Source: Pavona decussata
Taxonomy: Eukaryota
Direction: 5' to 3'
Length of the DNA stretch: 64,000 nt
Assembly: GCA_977016875.1 (NCBI GenBank)
Contig: CDRNST010000097.1
Coordinates: 1,116,001 to 1,180,000 of the forward strand
Every line of letters begins with the position of its first letter. Within the stretch, counting starts at the first letter, position 1. The notes beneath the pieces are model-generated. The model was not told the origin of the DNA and did not search any database. It was given only the letters and a program-made list of their open reading frames with translations. Shown piece by piece: positions 25,719-37,405 of the stretch. Both the position numbers and the translations under genes were made by a program.

Positions 25719-26722
25719 ATATCTTCGTTTCCGGTTTCTGGTCTTCAGATAGCCAGGACACTGATAGAGTGCGTCAGTTAAGAGAGAATCTCAAATCGAC
25801 CGTGCTGGCCTCCAGGGCGTCTGGTACCTCTCTGAGTTATTTAAGGGCGTTCAATAGATGGAAAGTATTTGCCAGAGATGTCCTGGGCACATCCCAGTTT
25901 CCAGTGAGGCCTACTGATTGTGCTCTTTATTTGCAGCATATTCTCGAGTCCTCCAATTCTGTTTCCGCTATCAATTGTGCGTTTTATGCTTTCAAGTGGG
26001 TCCATCTCCTGGCCGGAGTTGACTCCCCTACCTTGCATTCTACTGTTGTCGCAGTAAAAGATGGAGCTGTTCGCCTTGCAAGTCGTCCAGCCACCAACAG
26101 GAAGGAGCCCCTGGATGTGAATCATCTCAAGATTCTTGCTTCAGAGTGCGTTCAAGAAGATCTCTTGCAATTAAGAAATTTAGTCATGTTTGTTATAGCC
26201 TTTTCTGGGTTTCTTAGAAGCTCTGAGTTGTGTTTCATTCGCAGTAGGGACGTGGAGTTTAATGAAGGTTTTGTTACTATCAATATCGCAAAAAGTAAGA
26301 CGGATCAGTTGAGGGAGGGGAAATCCATTGTAATTGCTGAGTCTGGTTCTTGCACTTGTACTTGTACCCTACTTAAGTCATATATGCTGAAGGCTGGTAT
26401 TATTGATGGCTCCGATGAGTTTGTGTTTAGGCCTATTACGTCTTCAGGCTGTCGTAAGCGCCTTATTTCTGTTAATAAGCCTATTAGTTATTCTTCTTAC
26501 AGGCAGTCTTTCAAGAAGTAATTTGCAAGTATTGTTCCTGACATTTCTAAGTTTAGCACACATTCAGAAGGATCGGGCGGTGCTACCTTGGCTGCTAGTT
26601 CCGGTGTGTCAGAGAGGAATCTTCAGCGTCATGGCCGTTGGGCTACTTCTACAGCTAAAAACATTTATGTTAAGGATTCGTTAGCTAGCAGGCTTGAAGT
26701 GTCAAAGTCTCTGTCTCTGTAG
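25719..26722 (+). pseudogene. Tyrosine recombinase of YR retrotransposon (in-frame TAA at 26519; HSxR degenerate as HSEG)
   Basis: FSGFLRSSEL, KSKTDQ; after the stop the frame continues FSTHSEGSGGAT...QRHGRW...NIYVKD. Confidence 0.88.
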
Positions 26723-28839
26723 GCTCTAGCCCTTTCTTTAGATTTCTACCATGGGCTGGCTGACCGATGTGCCCATTGCCTCACAAGTTTGTGTGTGTTC
26801 GGTTGTGTAGTGAAGGCAAAATATGTAATTTGTGATAAGCATTGGCATAAATTAATATTTTGCCGACACGGAACAGAGAACTGAGTGCTAGTGTAGCGCG
26901 TGAGGTTTTATGGTTAGGGGATTTGAAATAGAGTCCGTTGTGTAACTTGTGACATTCTACGGTCAGCCTCCATCGGCGTTGCATCAGTTTGTTTGATTTC
27001 AGTTTGTATTTTCTGTTTTCAGTGTTTTATTGTTATTTCGCCAGACCATAATTTGTTATTCAGTTTCTTATTTGGTGTTTTATTGTAATTTCTTAACCTT
27101 AAAACCCCAAAGGTTGCGCCATAGCATTGGTCGGGGGTACACGGTCCCTATTTTCCCTACGGGGTTTTCGGGTTTACGTGTCCGGCTATGGTGCTTGTAA
27201 CAGCTTGTATTTTGTATATCTTATTTTATTGATGTGTCAATAAAACCATGGGCTGGCTGACCGATGCGCCCATTGCCTCACAAGTTTGTGTGTGTTCGGT
27301 TGTGTAGTGAAGGCAAAATCTTCTTAGTGCGAGACGCCCCAGAGGAATTTTCGCGGCAAACGCTTCATCCGGGAGCTCTTATTTCAGAAATAAGCATATT
27401 TTGTTTACATCTCGCCTGCAGAAAATTTCTTACTTCGAATTTTATATTCTTTGCCGGCGCTTCCCACATGGAAAAGTCATCAAAAAACGAAAAGAGCCTG
27501 TGGATAAAATCCGGGAAGAAGCCAGGGCCTAAGAAAAAGGGAAAGATAGGTTTCAGCGAAGATCGAAAACGTGATCTTGCAGAGAGCAACAAAGGCTCTT
27601 GGTTCGACCAAGAACTCTAGTCGACGTTGAAGGTTCTGTCGAAGGTGATCACGAAGAACTGGAGCAGCGGCCTTCAAATTAATCCACTGTTATTGGATCA
27701 AGTACACAGAGGTCGATTGCCATGCAAAAGTCCTGCAGGATAACTTTGCAAGCGTCCTGTGAAAATATCAAATATCATATTCTGCATCCTCTGGGCCGAT
27801 TTCTTTCTTCTGCAGCGAGATAAAACCAAATAACGTTTTACTGCGCGTTTGTAATGAAACATTGGCATAAAATCAGCAAGAATTAGACCGATGAAATAGA
27901 ACTCACCAGAAGCGCATGAGCCCACGTGTAATACGTTTTGCTCCGCTCTCGCTATCTTGAAGATTTCTTACGAAGAAATCACCATCGTACCTAAATAACA
28001 GTAAAAATGCGATTATACATTTCCTTTGAAACGAAATGAATAATTGCTTTAGCTTGAAGCGTAAATTACATTACACGCAATCAAAACGAACAACCTACCC
28101 AATAGATTTCATCTCTGATATCAGTGCACTCCTCAAACTCTCCGCTGACGCGCTTTCGGTTTCGTTAGCCTTGGTTTTCCCCCGTTTTCCTGGTTGATTT
28201 TTACGTTTTCCTTTCGCCACTTTCCCCATCTCGCTCGATCACAACAGCGGAGTCTAAAACGTGTCTGCAGCGCGATACTTTTTCCGCGAAATTCTGTGCT
28301 ATTGTTTTTGACTACATGGGGTCCTGTTGCTCGATTGGCTCGCCACGTAATGAGGTGTCATAATCTCCTGTGGAGGCTTGTTTTTCCTGCAAACCTTTAT
28401 CGAGCGAAAATTCGCACTTGAATTTTGGCAGAGTATGTCAACTTTGAACGAATTAATAGGGTATGTAGTTTTGACGGATTGTCGTGAAATTTGGCCAGAA
28501 GATTTGAGGAATAGTGACAAACAAAAAGATGTCAGGGAATTTTGATTTTCAAAATATTTTTCCCGTGGCGACTGTTTACGCAACACGCCTAAAACATTTT
28601 TTGCTACTCAAACTTTAGACGTGGATATCTAAATAGCCAATCAGAATTTCGTAAAAGCCTGGCACCTTTTTGTTGATTGATGCCTTGTGAATAACACTGT
28701 GCAGCGATTTTGTTCTTCGCGCGGCGTTCGATAACCGATTCATTCAATGGAACGACCATCGGTCGATTCGAGGTTCTACTGGCTCCTGGCAATAAAGCGA
28801 AGGGGGGGGGGGGGGGGGTACAGCAAGAGCATGCTACAC

Positions 28840-29655
28840 AACCGTGGGATAACTTGAAAGCACTAACAACCAAAGCCATATACATAAAAGTTTCGTGAAA
28901 CATATATTTGAAGAACCCACCGCAAAACAACGCCTTATTGCCAATGGGTTAAAACCGGACCAAATAAGCAAATACCTCAATTTACCTTTCTCCATCACTA
29001 TAGAAATCAAGTTAACTATGTTCCAGTACAAAACCTTACATGACATGATAGTTTTTACTAAAAGCAAATTATTTAAAGCTAAACTGGTGAGCAGTGATCT
29101 TAGCTATTTATGCTCAATAACAAAACAAGGTCTAAAACATATGCTTGTTTCATGTCCGGTGGTATCAGAGTTCTGGAAGATCTTTCTGGAATGGTATGAG
29201 ACTCATAAAACCACAAAACTAGAATTTTCAACCGCAAAAATCTTATATAGTATCATAGATAAAGATCACCTTTGTAATTTAACTAATCACCTCCTACTAA
29301 TTGCGAAATACTCTATATATTGTTGCATTATTAATGAAGAACCTTTGTTTTTAGTACTTATCTAACAATAGTGATAAGCAAGGCCAAAATGGAAAAAAAT
29401 ATCAACAAAGGCTAATTCAAATGAACGTTATTACAATAAATAGAAAACTTTAATTGACAAGAAGTTTGTAACCTAGAGCTGTATATTACTTTTCTTTGTA
29501 AGAGATAACGGATATAAGCAAGCCATAGTAGTAAATGTAACTGTACTCTTCTTATCCTTTGTAGTATTCTAGTTTATTGTAAGTATTATTTGTACGCATT
29601 GTAAAGGTAATATAGATATTGTAAAAAAAAAATAAATAAAATAAAAGAAACAAAA
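28840..29655 (+). mobile_element. L1/Tx1-like LINE 3' fragment with A-rich tail
   Basis: FQYKTLH...LC....HMLVSCPVVSEFW (zf-RVT-like), followed by an A-rich tail at about 29623-29655. Confidence 0.72.
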
Positions 29656-29916
29656 GGTCATTGACCCACCAGTAATTAATTCTTACACACTCTCAAGTAA
29701 CACGAGCTTGGGCTGCCTGTGGTTTGAACGTTCAATCCATATTTCCTTTTTGCATTTATCTAATGGGTGGCATGCCCTGAAAGGTTTGAGACGGATTGTG
29801 ATGTGTGCGGATGTGAATTCATCAGTTGAAACGTTACACATCACAAATTATTGGCTCAAGAGACGTCACTTTAGTCCTTAGACGTAAACTGTTATCTTGT
29901 ACCATTAGTAGCTTAA

Positions 29917-30364
29917 AGTGCACCTAACCCCCAAATGCTTTTTTTCCCCGTAAATAAATCTTTGCACCTATTCGAAACATATTGCGCTATTTAGCGCCTT
30001 TTTCAACCAAATCTTGACTTTTTAAAGGCTGTAAAAGTTACGAAATCAAGCCATCATCTGTCCCATGACCGAGCTAGTAAGGGGCATGGGTATATTCCTT
30101 ACTTGACGTCACAAACTGACTTGCATTGTATTAAGTCTTTGTGAAAATGCATGCAAAGCAGTTTGTGACGTCATGTAAGAAATAGACCCATGCCCCTTAC
30201 TGTTCGGTCATGTAACAGATGATGGCTAGATTTTGTAACTTTTACAGCCTAAAACAAGTCAAGATTTGGTTGAAAAAAGACGCAAAAAGGCTCAATGCGT
30301 TTCGAACAGGTGCTAAGATTTATTTAAGCGAAAAAAAAATTGGGTTGCAAAAATTAGGTGCACT
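29917..30364. mobile_element. Kolobok-like fold-back MITE
   Basis: agtgcacctaa / ttaggtgcact termini, TTAA TSD, whole body nearly palindromic; absent from the paralogous intron of copy D. Confidence 0.85.
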
Positions 30365-30610
30365 TTAATAATTTCCTTTTTTTTTTCGGAAACTGAGTGT
30401 TAGTGAAACGAACCGATTTTGGCGATTTAATGACGGGCAAAAATTGCTGGAATAACCTTTCCAACGAAAGTATATGATCGAATGATCGTTTATTCAACTT
30501 CCTCGTATTTTAGGCCCCTTCGATGATAAACAATAATGGTCCAACCAACCAGCTACAACCAGTGACATGAGTGATAACTTGACCATGTATTCTTGGATCT
30601 TTTTTTCCAG

Positions 30611-30976
30611 GACTGCTCATTTAACAAGCTACAAAATGACACAGCACTGAAAGTCTCATTCCAGGGAAACATGGGAGTTCAAAACTCCGGTATTAGATGT
30701 AACCGCTGGTTTTTCAAGTTTAATGGTAATGAATGCAGTGGACCAATGACGATTGAAGCTGTTTTGTACAACAATTGGCCATCATCTGCTGGGAGTCCCA
30801 AACTGCTTCATCACCGATCGTTTGAGGGGTACTGTGTGAACATCCCATCGGGCGCGGTAACAGTGCAGTTATGGGTAGGAACGTGTCGTGGATATGCCGT
30901 GGTGGGTGATGCTCGAACTGGATGGAATTCAGTGTCCCGGATAATCGTCGAAGAAGTTTCTAGGCCCCAGTCCTAA
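30611..30976 (+). CDS. CTHRC1: CTHRC1-like copy C: orphan last exon, intact frame, no own exon 1/2 seen
   Basis: ttttttccag acceptor, phase 0, complete C-terminal domain. Either a partial duplicate/pseudogene or an alternative terminal exon of copy B. Confidence 0.7.
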   Translation, partial: DCSFNKLQNDTALKVSFQGNMGVQNSGIRCNRWFFKFNGNECSGPMTIEAVLYNNWPSSAGSPKLLHHRSFEGYCVNIPSGAVTVQLWVGTCRGYAVVGDARTGWNSVSRIIVEEVSRPQS

Positions 30977-31796
30977 AGGACAACTGTTGAAACTATTTTT
31001 GTTAAACTAATGCTCTCAGTGGTAGAAGTAATCTTCAGTTGGTCAGTAAAACTATTGGCTCTAACATGCTGCATATTTGTCTCTCTTGTACAATTGAAGA
31101 GTAGATCCAGTTAGGTGGGTAATTTGCATTGTAAGGATTAAAGAAAGCTAGCAATGTCATACTAGAATCTCTAATTATTAGACAGTAACAAGTGTAATTG
31201 CAGCTATTATTAAAAACCTGATCGTTGTGTCAATTCGATTCAATTCAATTTGATTAGCTAATCGGCGACGATATATGAGCTATTATACCATGCCCAAAAA
31301 ATGCGACCATTGAATTGTCTTTCTTGCAAACCGAAAACAGCAAGATCAAGCAATATTTCTTGATTGCTTTTAACAAAACAATCATGCCACGCGGACCTGT
31401 TGGATATGAGATGATTATATTAACTCGGCGCTAAGCGCCTCTTTGGCTATAATGTCATATCAAACGCGCATTCTTGAAATAATTGTTAATTATACTATGC
31501 CCCAGAAAAAAAAAACTGCTCGTTGGTTGGTTACTTTAAATCTGAAACAATTGCTGCAGTCGTGGTTGTACCCGCCTCGTTGACTATCTCATGGTGATCT
31601 AATGTCCAACGCACACTCGTGCATGGAATAATTTTTAACAAGATAACGGCAACAATACAAGAGATATCATAGCTGTTCAAGTAAGTCCCACTGAGAGTGT
31701 ACCCTTTAGTATCTGTCTACAGATAGCTCTTAGGCTCACTTTGGCTACGGATATCCCGTTGTTGCGGAGAGAAGTTGCACTGCAGAAAACGATCAA

Positions 31797-32056
31797 NNNN
31801 NNNNNNNNNNNNNNNNNNNNNNNNNNNNNNNNNNNNNNNNNNNNNNNNNNNNNNNNNNNNNNNNNNNNNNNNNNNNNNNNNNNNNNNNNNNNNNNNNNNN
31901 NNNNNNNNNNNNNNNNNNNNNNNNNNNNNNNNNNNNNNNNNNNNNNNNNNNNNNNNNNNNNNNNNNNNNNNNNNNNNNNNNNNNNNNNNNNNNNNNNNNN
32001 NNNNNNNNNNNNNNNNNNNNNNNNNNNNNNNNNNNNNNNNNNNNNNNNNNNNNNNN
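31797..32056. other. Assembly gap (260 N)
   Basis: Run of N. Confidence 1.
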
Positions 32057-32248
32057 ACTCGAGTGGGATGTTTCAGGCACCAAGAAACCAAAAAAGAAAG
32101 TCCTCTTTATAGAGGTTAGAGATATTAACGGTATATTTTCACTTCAAAATCACAAGAAAGACTTGTTTTCTCTGGCTGACGTTTCAAAATTCTCTAGACG
32201 ATGTTTAAAGGTAACTTAGCTGAGCTGCAAACGGAATTTAAGACCAGT

Positions 32249-33280
32249 TTAAAGAACAGATTGCACCCGATTTCGATGATAATGATAACGACCACGGATA
32301 AAAGAGCAACGTGGGAGACAGCAGCAACAATATTTGAAACAGCTTTTCCGAAATTCAGGACTTAGAAAAGCATATACGGTGGGATTTAAACACGAGCTTG
32401 AAGCCTGCGCTATGAAACATAACAGTTGTAACATGAGATTGTTCTCAACAACGTCGTAGACTCGGAGCAATTCCACAACAAAATTCAATCCCCAGCATAC
32501 GGCAAAGACAAGAAGCGCCATGACCATCAAACGAATTGTTCTTACTTTACATTTAGCAATTGCGCCGTGAATTTCTCCAGTCTTGCTTCTTTTCCATAAA
32601 CTAACTGCACTCTTTGTGTAAGCTACCAACATGTACGTAAAAGGAATAAGAAAAGCCGTGATGAAAAATAACGTTTTAGACAGCTGTGTTTTCAAGGTCG
32701 AAGACCAGGTACAGGAAGTGTATTTACTACACTTTTCGGTTGCTGCGTCATTCTCTTTCCAGCATATTTCTTGAGAATTTGATTCAACGCTGAAAATAAA
32801 CGGCATAGCGGTCACGAAGGCGTACAACCAAACACTCGCAATTAAAAGAAGGTAGGTTTTCAAATACTGAGGCGCAAGACTCTTAAAGGGTTGTAAAATG
32901 TTTCTGTGTCGATCCCAAGCTATGGCGGCCAAACTGCTGAAAATTGCAGCGGCACATGAAAGTTCTATAAACACGACGGCTTTGCATGATGATTCTGGTG
33001 AATCCTCCAATCCGCTTATTCTCAACAATGGTACAACCACATGATAAAGAACATGAGTCAGCGATAAATGAAAGATCAGAAAACTTGAAATACTTGTCCG
33101 TATCTTTCGGCTTCGTAACATAACGTAGATGACGAGAAGATTGAGAAAGACTCCGCAGCCAATCAGAACATAGTAGGTTAAAGTCCACAAAAACATGAAG
33201 TTTCCTAAGCACAAGTGCAGCTCCAAAGAGGAAGCGTTCGTGGCACTATCGTTTGTCCGATTTGCTAATATTTCGCTCAT
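32249..33280 (-). CDS. Single-exon class A (rhodopsin-like) GPCR, peptide-receptor-like orphan
   Basis: Seven hydrophobic segments; N-terminal N-glycosylation sequons; AIAWDRH (DRY-like), FLIP..Y in TM5, FAVCW in TM6, SSCLNPTVY (NPxxY), C-terminal Cys cluster. First ATG at 33280. Confidence 0.9.
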   Translation of the reverse strand: MSEILANRTNDSATNASSLELHLCLGNFMFLWTLTYYVLIGCGVFLNLLVIYVMLRSRKIRTSISSFLIFHLSLTHVLYHVVVPLLRISGLEDSPESSCKAVVFIELSCAAAIFSSLAAIAWDRHRNILQPFKSLAPQYLKTYLLLIASVWLYAFVTAMPFIFSVESNSQEICWKENDAATEKCSKYTSCTWSSTLKTQLSKTLFFITAFLIPFTYMLVAYTKSAVSLWKRSKTGEIHGAIAKCKVRTIRLMVMALLVFAVCWGLNFVVELLRVYDVVENNLMLQLLCFIAQASSSCLNPTVYAFLSPEFRKSCFKYCCCCLPRCSFIRGRYHYHRNRVQSVL

Positions 33281-35798
33281 TTTGACGCACACAACGCTTC
33301 TGCGGTCACCTTCTCTGCATGAGAGTACTAAGCAGGCTGACTAAGTTGACTTTAAGCTGTTTTCACGCGAACCAAGCAATTAAGGACCCTTGAGCCAAGT
33401 GCTGTACTGATGTGACTCTACCATTGAGTCTGTCAGTCAAATACTCAAGAGTCCCGTTCAACTAAAAGCTATATTCTGCAGTCCTTTCCTGTGGTGCCGT
33501 TTATTACACTGTACAAGGTGTTGGAACTTTTTAGCCAGTGAGTGAGCACAAACTTTATGTCATGTTGTTTGCCTCGTAATACCCTGCTAAATTTTAGACT
33601 TTGGAGTTGAACGAATCGAAATACCGAGCCGTTTTGGTCTCGTAAAATTTAATTTAATTCGCGGAGCCGAAGAGCAAGGGTTTTTTTTTTTATGTAAATT
33701 GAGAAGTAATTAATTCCTAGCACCGCAAAGGATTGGCAAAACAGCTAAGTAAATAGAGACAACTTAAAACAATGAAAGAAAGGAATCAAAGTGGAGAGTT
33801 TGGCCGAAACACAAGGACAAGCGTTTTATGTAGCAGAAGGAAAAGTTAATTTAAATGTCGCGGAGGCTTTTTCTTGACCTACAGTAAAAGAAAAACAAAC
33901 AGATCTGATAAAAGTTGTGTAAATAACTTAAAATAAGTTAATCGCGGATAAGTTGTCATTATTTTTGTGCTAAAAACAGAAATTAAAGCTGATGTATAAA
34001 AAGAAGGCCAGCTTTTTTTTTTTCATTAAAAAGTAGAAAGATTTCAATTTTTTCTGAAATACCTACCTGTCAACAACTGTTACCATGGTAACATTAAATT
34101 CAAGAAATAATGAATCATGACCACAATAATGACTAGTCAGCTTAAATTAATTTCTGAAAGTTTTATGGCTCTATCTCAAATATAAAGGAAAAAATCTGAA
34201 CGTTCAAAGTCGGCGCGAGCAGAACCCACTTCCCCTGGCTCTTTATCAGGTTAAAGTACTTTGATTCTAAATCCTGTACCTGTAGCTATAGATGAGGAAA
34301 ATTAGGGCTATTTTTATTTTATTTCATTATTATTATCATTATTATTTTATTATTATTATTATTTTTTTAATTGAGGCTCATTGACGATGGTCTGAGGTGC
34401 TCCGGTGAAACCAAAAGTACTTTGTCAAACGAACGCAAAAATAGCCCCATGTTATAAAAATAGCATATCAAGGAAACAGCGAAAAGACAGTATGTAAATG
34501 ACCTAGTAGGTGACTAGCAGCCCCGTTTTCCGCTCGTGAAGTGGATTTCCCATACAACGAAATACCAAGGGACTGGAAATATATGTTTGCGATAATTGGT
34601 TTTAAATCCCGTTGTAACAGATTTGTGGGGAGCCGAACAAAATCGACGTTATATTACGTATCGTTTCGACTGAGAAGGAAAGCGAAAACGATATGCCTGA
34701 ATAACATGCTGCGTCACGTTTCATCTCTTAGGGAGATGGAATTGGCAGCAGCGCATATGTCATCATGATGTCCATTTGCAGCATATGATGAGCTGGATTT
34801 TACTCTGTTGATTTGTTTCCCGTTCAAAATCAGTCATCAATGACATCTTTGCGTTATAGCGGAGTAAATTTTGCGTGGTAGAAGTTAGTGGTTCTGGGTT
34901 GTGTTCTCTATAACGGGGATTTCGTTCTCTCGAATTTCCTTAAATGTAGGCATTTTACAGTCCTTTATAACCCCGTATCATTGTGAAAATAGTATTTGCT
35001 CAAAATAATATTACATGTACCACCATGGAAGGGCAAAAAGCCTATCGAGGGGGTCCTGAGTGAGTAGAGAAAGCTTATTTTATCCGCCTCGCTCCCCCAC
35101 GCTTTACAACCCGACGAGGGTCCCCCTCAGTTAAAGTTTTGGTGGTCTTCGCGATCTCTACTATGACACGGGAATATAGGGGACAGTAAACAGTCCATTT
35201 CAATCGGATTTTTGTTTCCCTTTCGAACTTCACTGTAAATTTTGCTTGGCTGATGAATATTGTTCGTTATACCAGGGACTTCGTTACAAAGGAGTTCATT
35301 TTATGAGGTTTCCACTTCAGTAGAGTGGGAAGAACAGACGAGGTCACGTTCCACAAGGAGATTTATTTTTATGCAAGCCTGCGTGTTCAGCCCTATAACG
35401 AGTAGCCCTGAGCCAAGAAAGGGACTCAACAGACTGCTGGGCTGAGGGAGGGACGGGTGACTTAGATATAATATGCTCTTTGTTGAGTCCTTTCAATAGA
35501 TGCTTGTCCATACGTAATTTATTATACCTCACACAGAAAAGTTTCCTCTTTCTTGGCTTTGGTTCTTGATATTAGAGCATAACAGGCCACACCACTCTCC
35601 CTGGCACAGAGCCCTTGGGTCCTGTTGTGCGCTGATATGAGACATGTGCGTCAATGGATGGTAAATCAATATTTTGTCTGGCACCGGCTCTCTAAAAAAC
35701 CATTAACAAAAGACTTAGTCTTAAAAGGTGAGAACACACCCAGCGTCGTTCATATCATCACAGCAGATCGGAGGTAAAGTTCTTGTGCTTTTCTGATC

Positions 35799-35909
35799 AT
35801 GGCAAGGTACTCCGTAGCTTTGTTGGTTCTCTGTTTATCAGTGGGCTCACACGCCACCACTACGAAACCTCAACAACAGGAAATGGCAGCTTCGAAAGAC
35901 TTGTGTGAG
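35799..35909 (+). CDS. CTHRC1: CTHRC1-like copy D, coding exon 1 (signal peptide)
   Basis: MARYSVALLVLCLSVGSHATTTKPQQQEMAASKDLCE; donor GTGAGT. Confidence 0.85.
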
Positions 35910-36318
35910 GTGAGTACACGGGTATTACGGATTTCTTATTTGATTGCAACGGGGCGGTCGAACCGCTCTAAGAATAGTGTGAAATTTTGATTGGGATCTG
36001 AAGATATAATAAAAATCAGGGCGCTCAGTAAATCGGAAACAACAAGGCTAGTTTGCACTTAATCTTAGAACATCAAACTCTCAGGAAGTTTCCTGAGATA
36101 AAGTTCAGTTCAAAAGGTTATCTTTGCTGAAGAAGCCATCTTTCAGAAGAGATCAAGACATAATTAGAAGCTCACTGTGTTTACTGAAGTTTCTTGGACT
36201 TAAGCTATTGTCCTCCTAAACATTGCCTTGAAATTGAAGAGAGGTGCTAGTAATGTTGAATGTTTGTCTGGTTAATAATTTATTTATAATGCTTGTTTAA
36301 TTTTTCTTTTTAAGTTAT

Positions 36319-37405
36319 TTTTCTTAAAGATAATTAAGTAGGCGCCGAGGAATACTGGATCTTTGGCTGCTATCTCAAACTATGTTACTGTTTGCTGGCT
36401 CCCTGGAAGCTTTAACATATATTTTACATTCTTAAGTCATCGTGTTTGCTGAGATTGAGCCAAGCTCATAAGGTTATCATTGTTCATTAACCCATCTCAA
36501 TTAATCGCGCTGACCCATTGACCAGCTAATATTGATTTATTGAACAGATATTAGAACATAATTGGAAACAGCTTGTGTTTTCTATTAAGGTGTCCAGAAA
36601 CGATTAATCTTTGGCTGATTCTCAAAATCTATTATAATGCTTGGTATTAGTTGCACAGAATAAAATAAGAAAAATTAACAGCCTCCCAAAAATGAATTCG
36701 TCCACAAAGCAAAACGCGCCATTTTTCATCATTGAAATGGGAGGAGTGGTGCAGGTCTCAATTATACAATTCAATTTTACAAGATTGTAGATGCAAGCCT
36801 TAAGACATATTTTACATCTGTTTCCTGCAATTGAGCCTAGTTCATAAGGTTACCTTCATTGACAGAGCCATCTTAATCGCACTGACCATTGATTATAATT
36901 AACACATAATTGAAAACTAATGGATTTTACTACGATTATCTAACTAAAACTTTACGAAAGCTGCTAGATTGCCCGATTTTCTTAAAGATAATTCATCAGT
37001 AGGTGTCGAGGAATACTAAATCTTTGGCTGCTATATCAAACTATATTACTGTTAGCTGGCTCCCTGGAAGCTTTAACACATATTTTACATTCTTAAGTCA
37101 TCGTGTTTCCTGGGATTGATCCAAGCTCACAAGGTTATCTTTGTTTATTAAGCCATCTCAATTAATCGCGCTGGCCCATTGACCGGCTAAAATTAATGAA
37201 TTTATTGAAGAGATAACTACATAAAAGAAAACAGCTTGTGATTTCCTATTAAGGTGTCCGGAAATGATTAATCTTTGGTTGGTTCTCAAAATCTACTATA
37301 ATGCTTGGTATTAGTTGCACAAAATAAAATAAGAAAAATAAATGAATTCGCCCGGAAAGCAAAACGCGCCATTTTTCCATCATTGAAATGGGAGGAGTGG
37401 TGCAG
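36319..37405 (+). repeat. Local direct duplication in intron 1 of copy D (about 430-bp blocks, 36319-36755 and 36977-37405)
   Basis: Long near-identical stretches, e.g. gctggctccctggaagctttaaca...cttaagtcatcgtgttt. Confidence 0.8.

Larger units (their letters stand above)
21884..27319 (+). mobile_element. Tyrosine-recombinase retrotransposon (DIRS order) with split direct repeats (PAT/Ngaro architecture); full length, mutationally inactivated
   Basis: A1 21884-22067 matches A2 26820-27003 (184 bp, 4 mismatches); B1 26748-26822 matches B2 27245-27319 (75 bp, 1 mismatch). Order A1-gag-pol-YR-B1-A2-B2. AAT shared at both ends and at the B1/A2 junction; no classical TSD. Confidence 0.93.

Noticed and set aside
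27320-28830. Host element or gene flanking the YR retrotransposon
   Set aside because: Looks repeat-derived, but I could not identify termini or a credible coding frame.
31717-32119. ORFs containing X runs
   Set aside because: Artefacts of the N gap.
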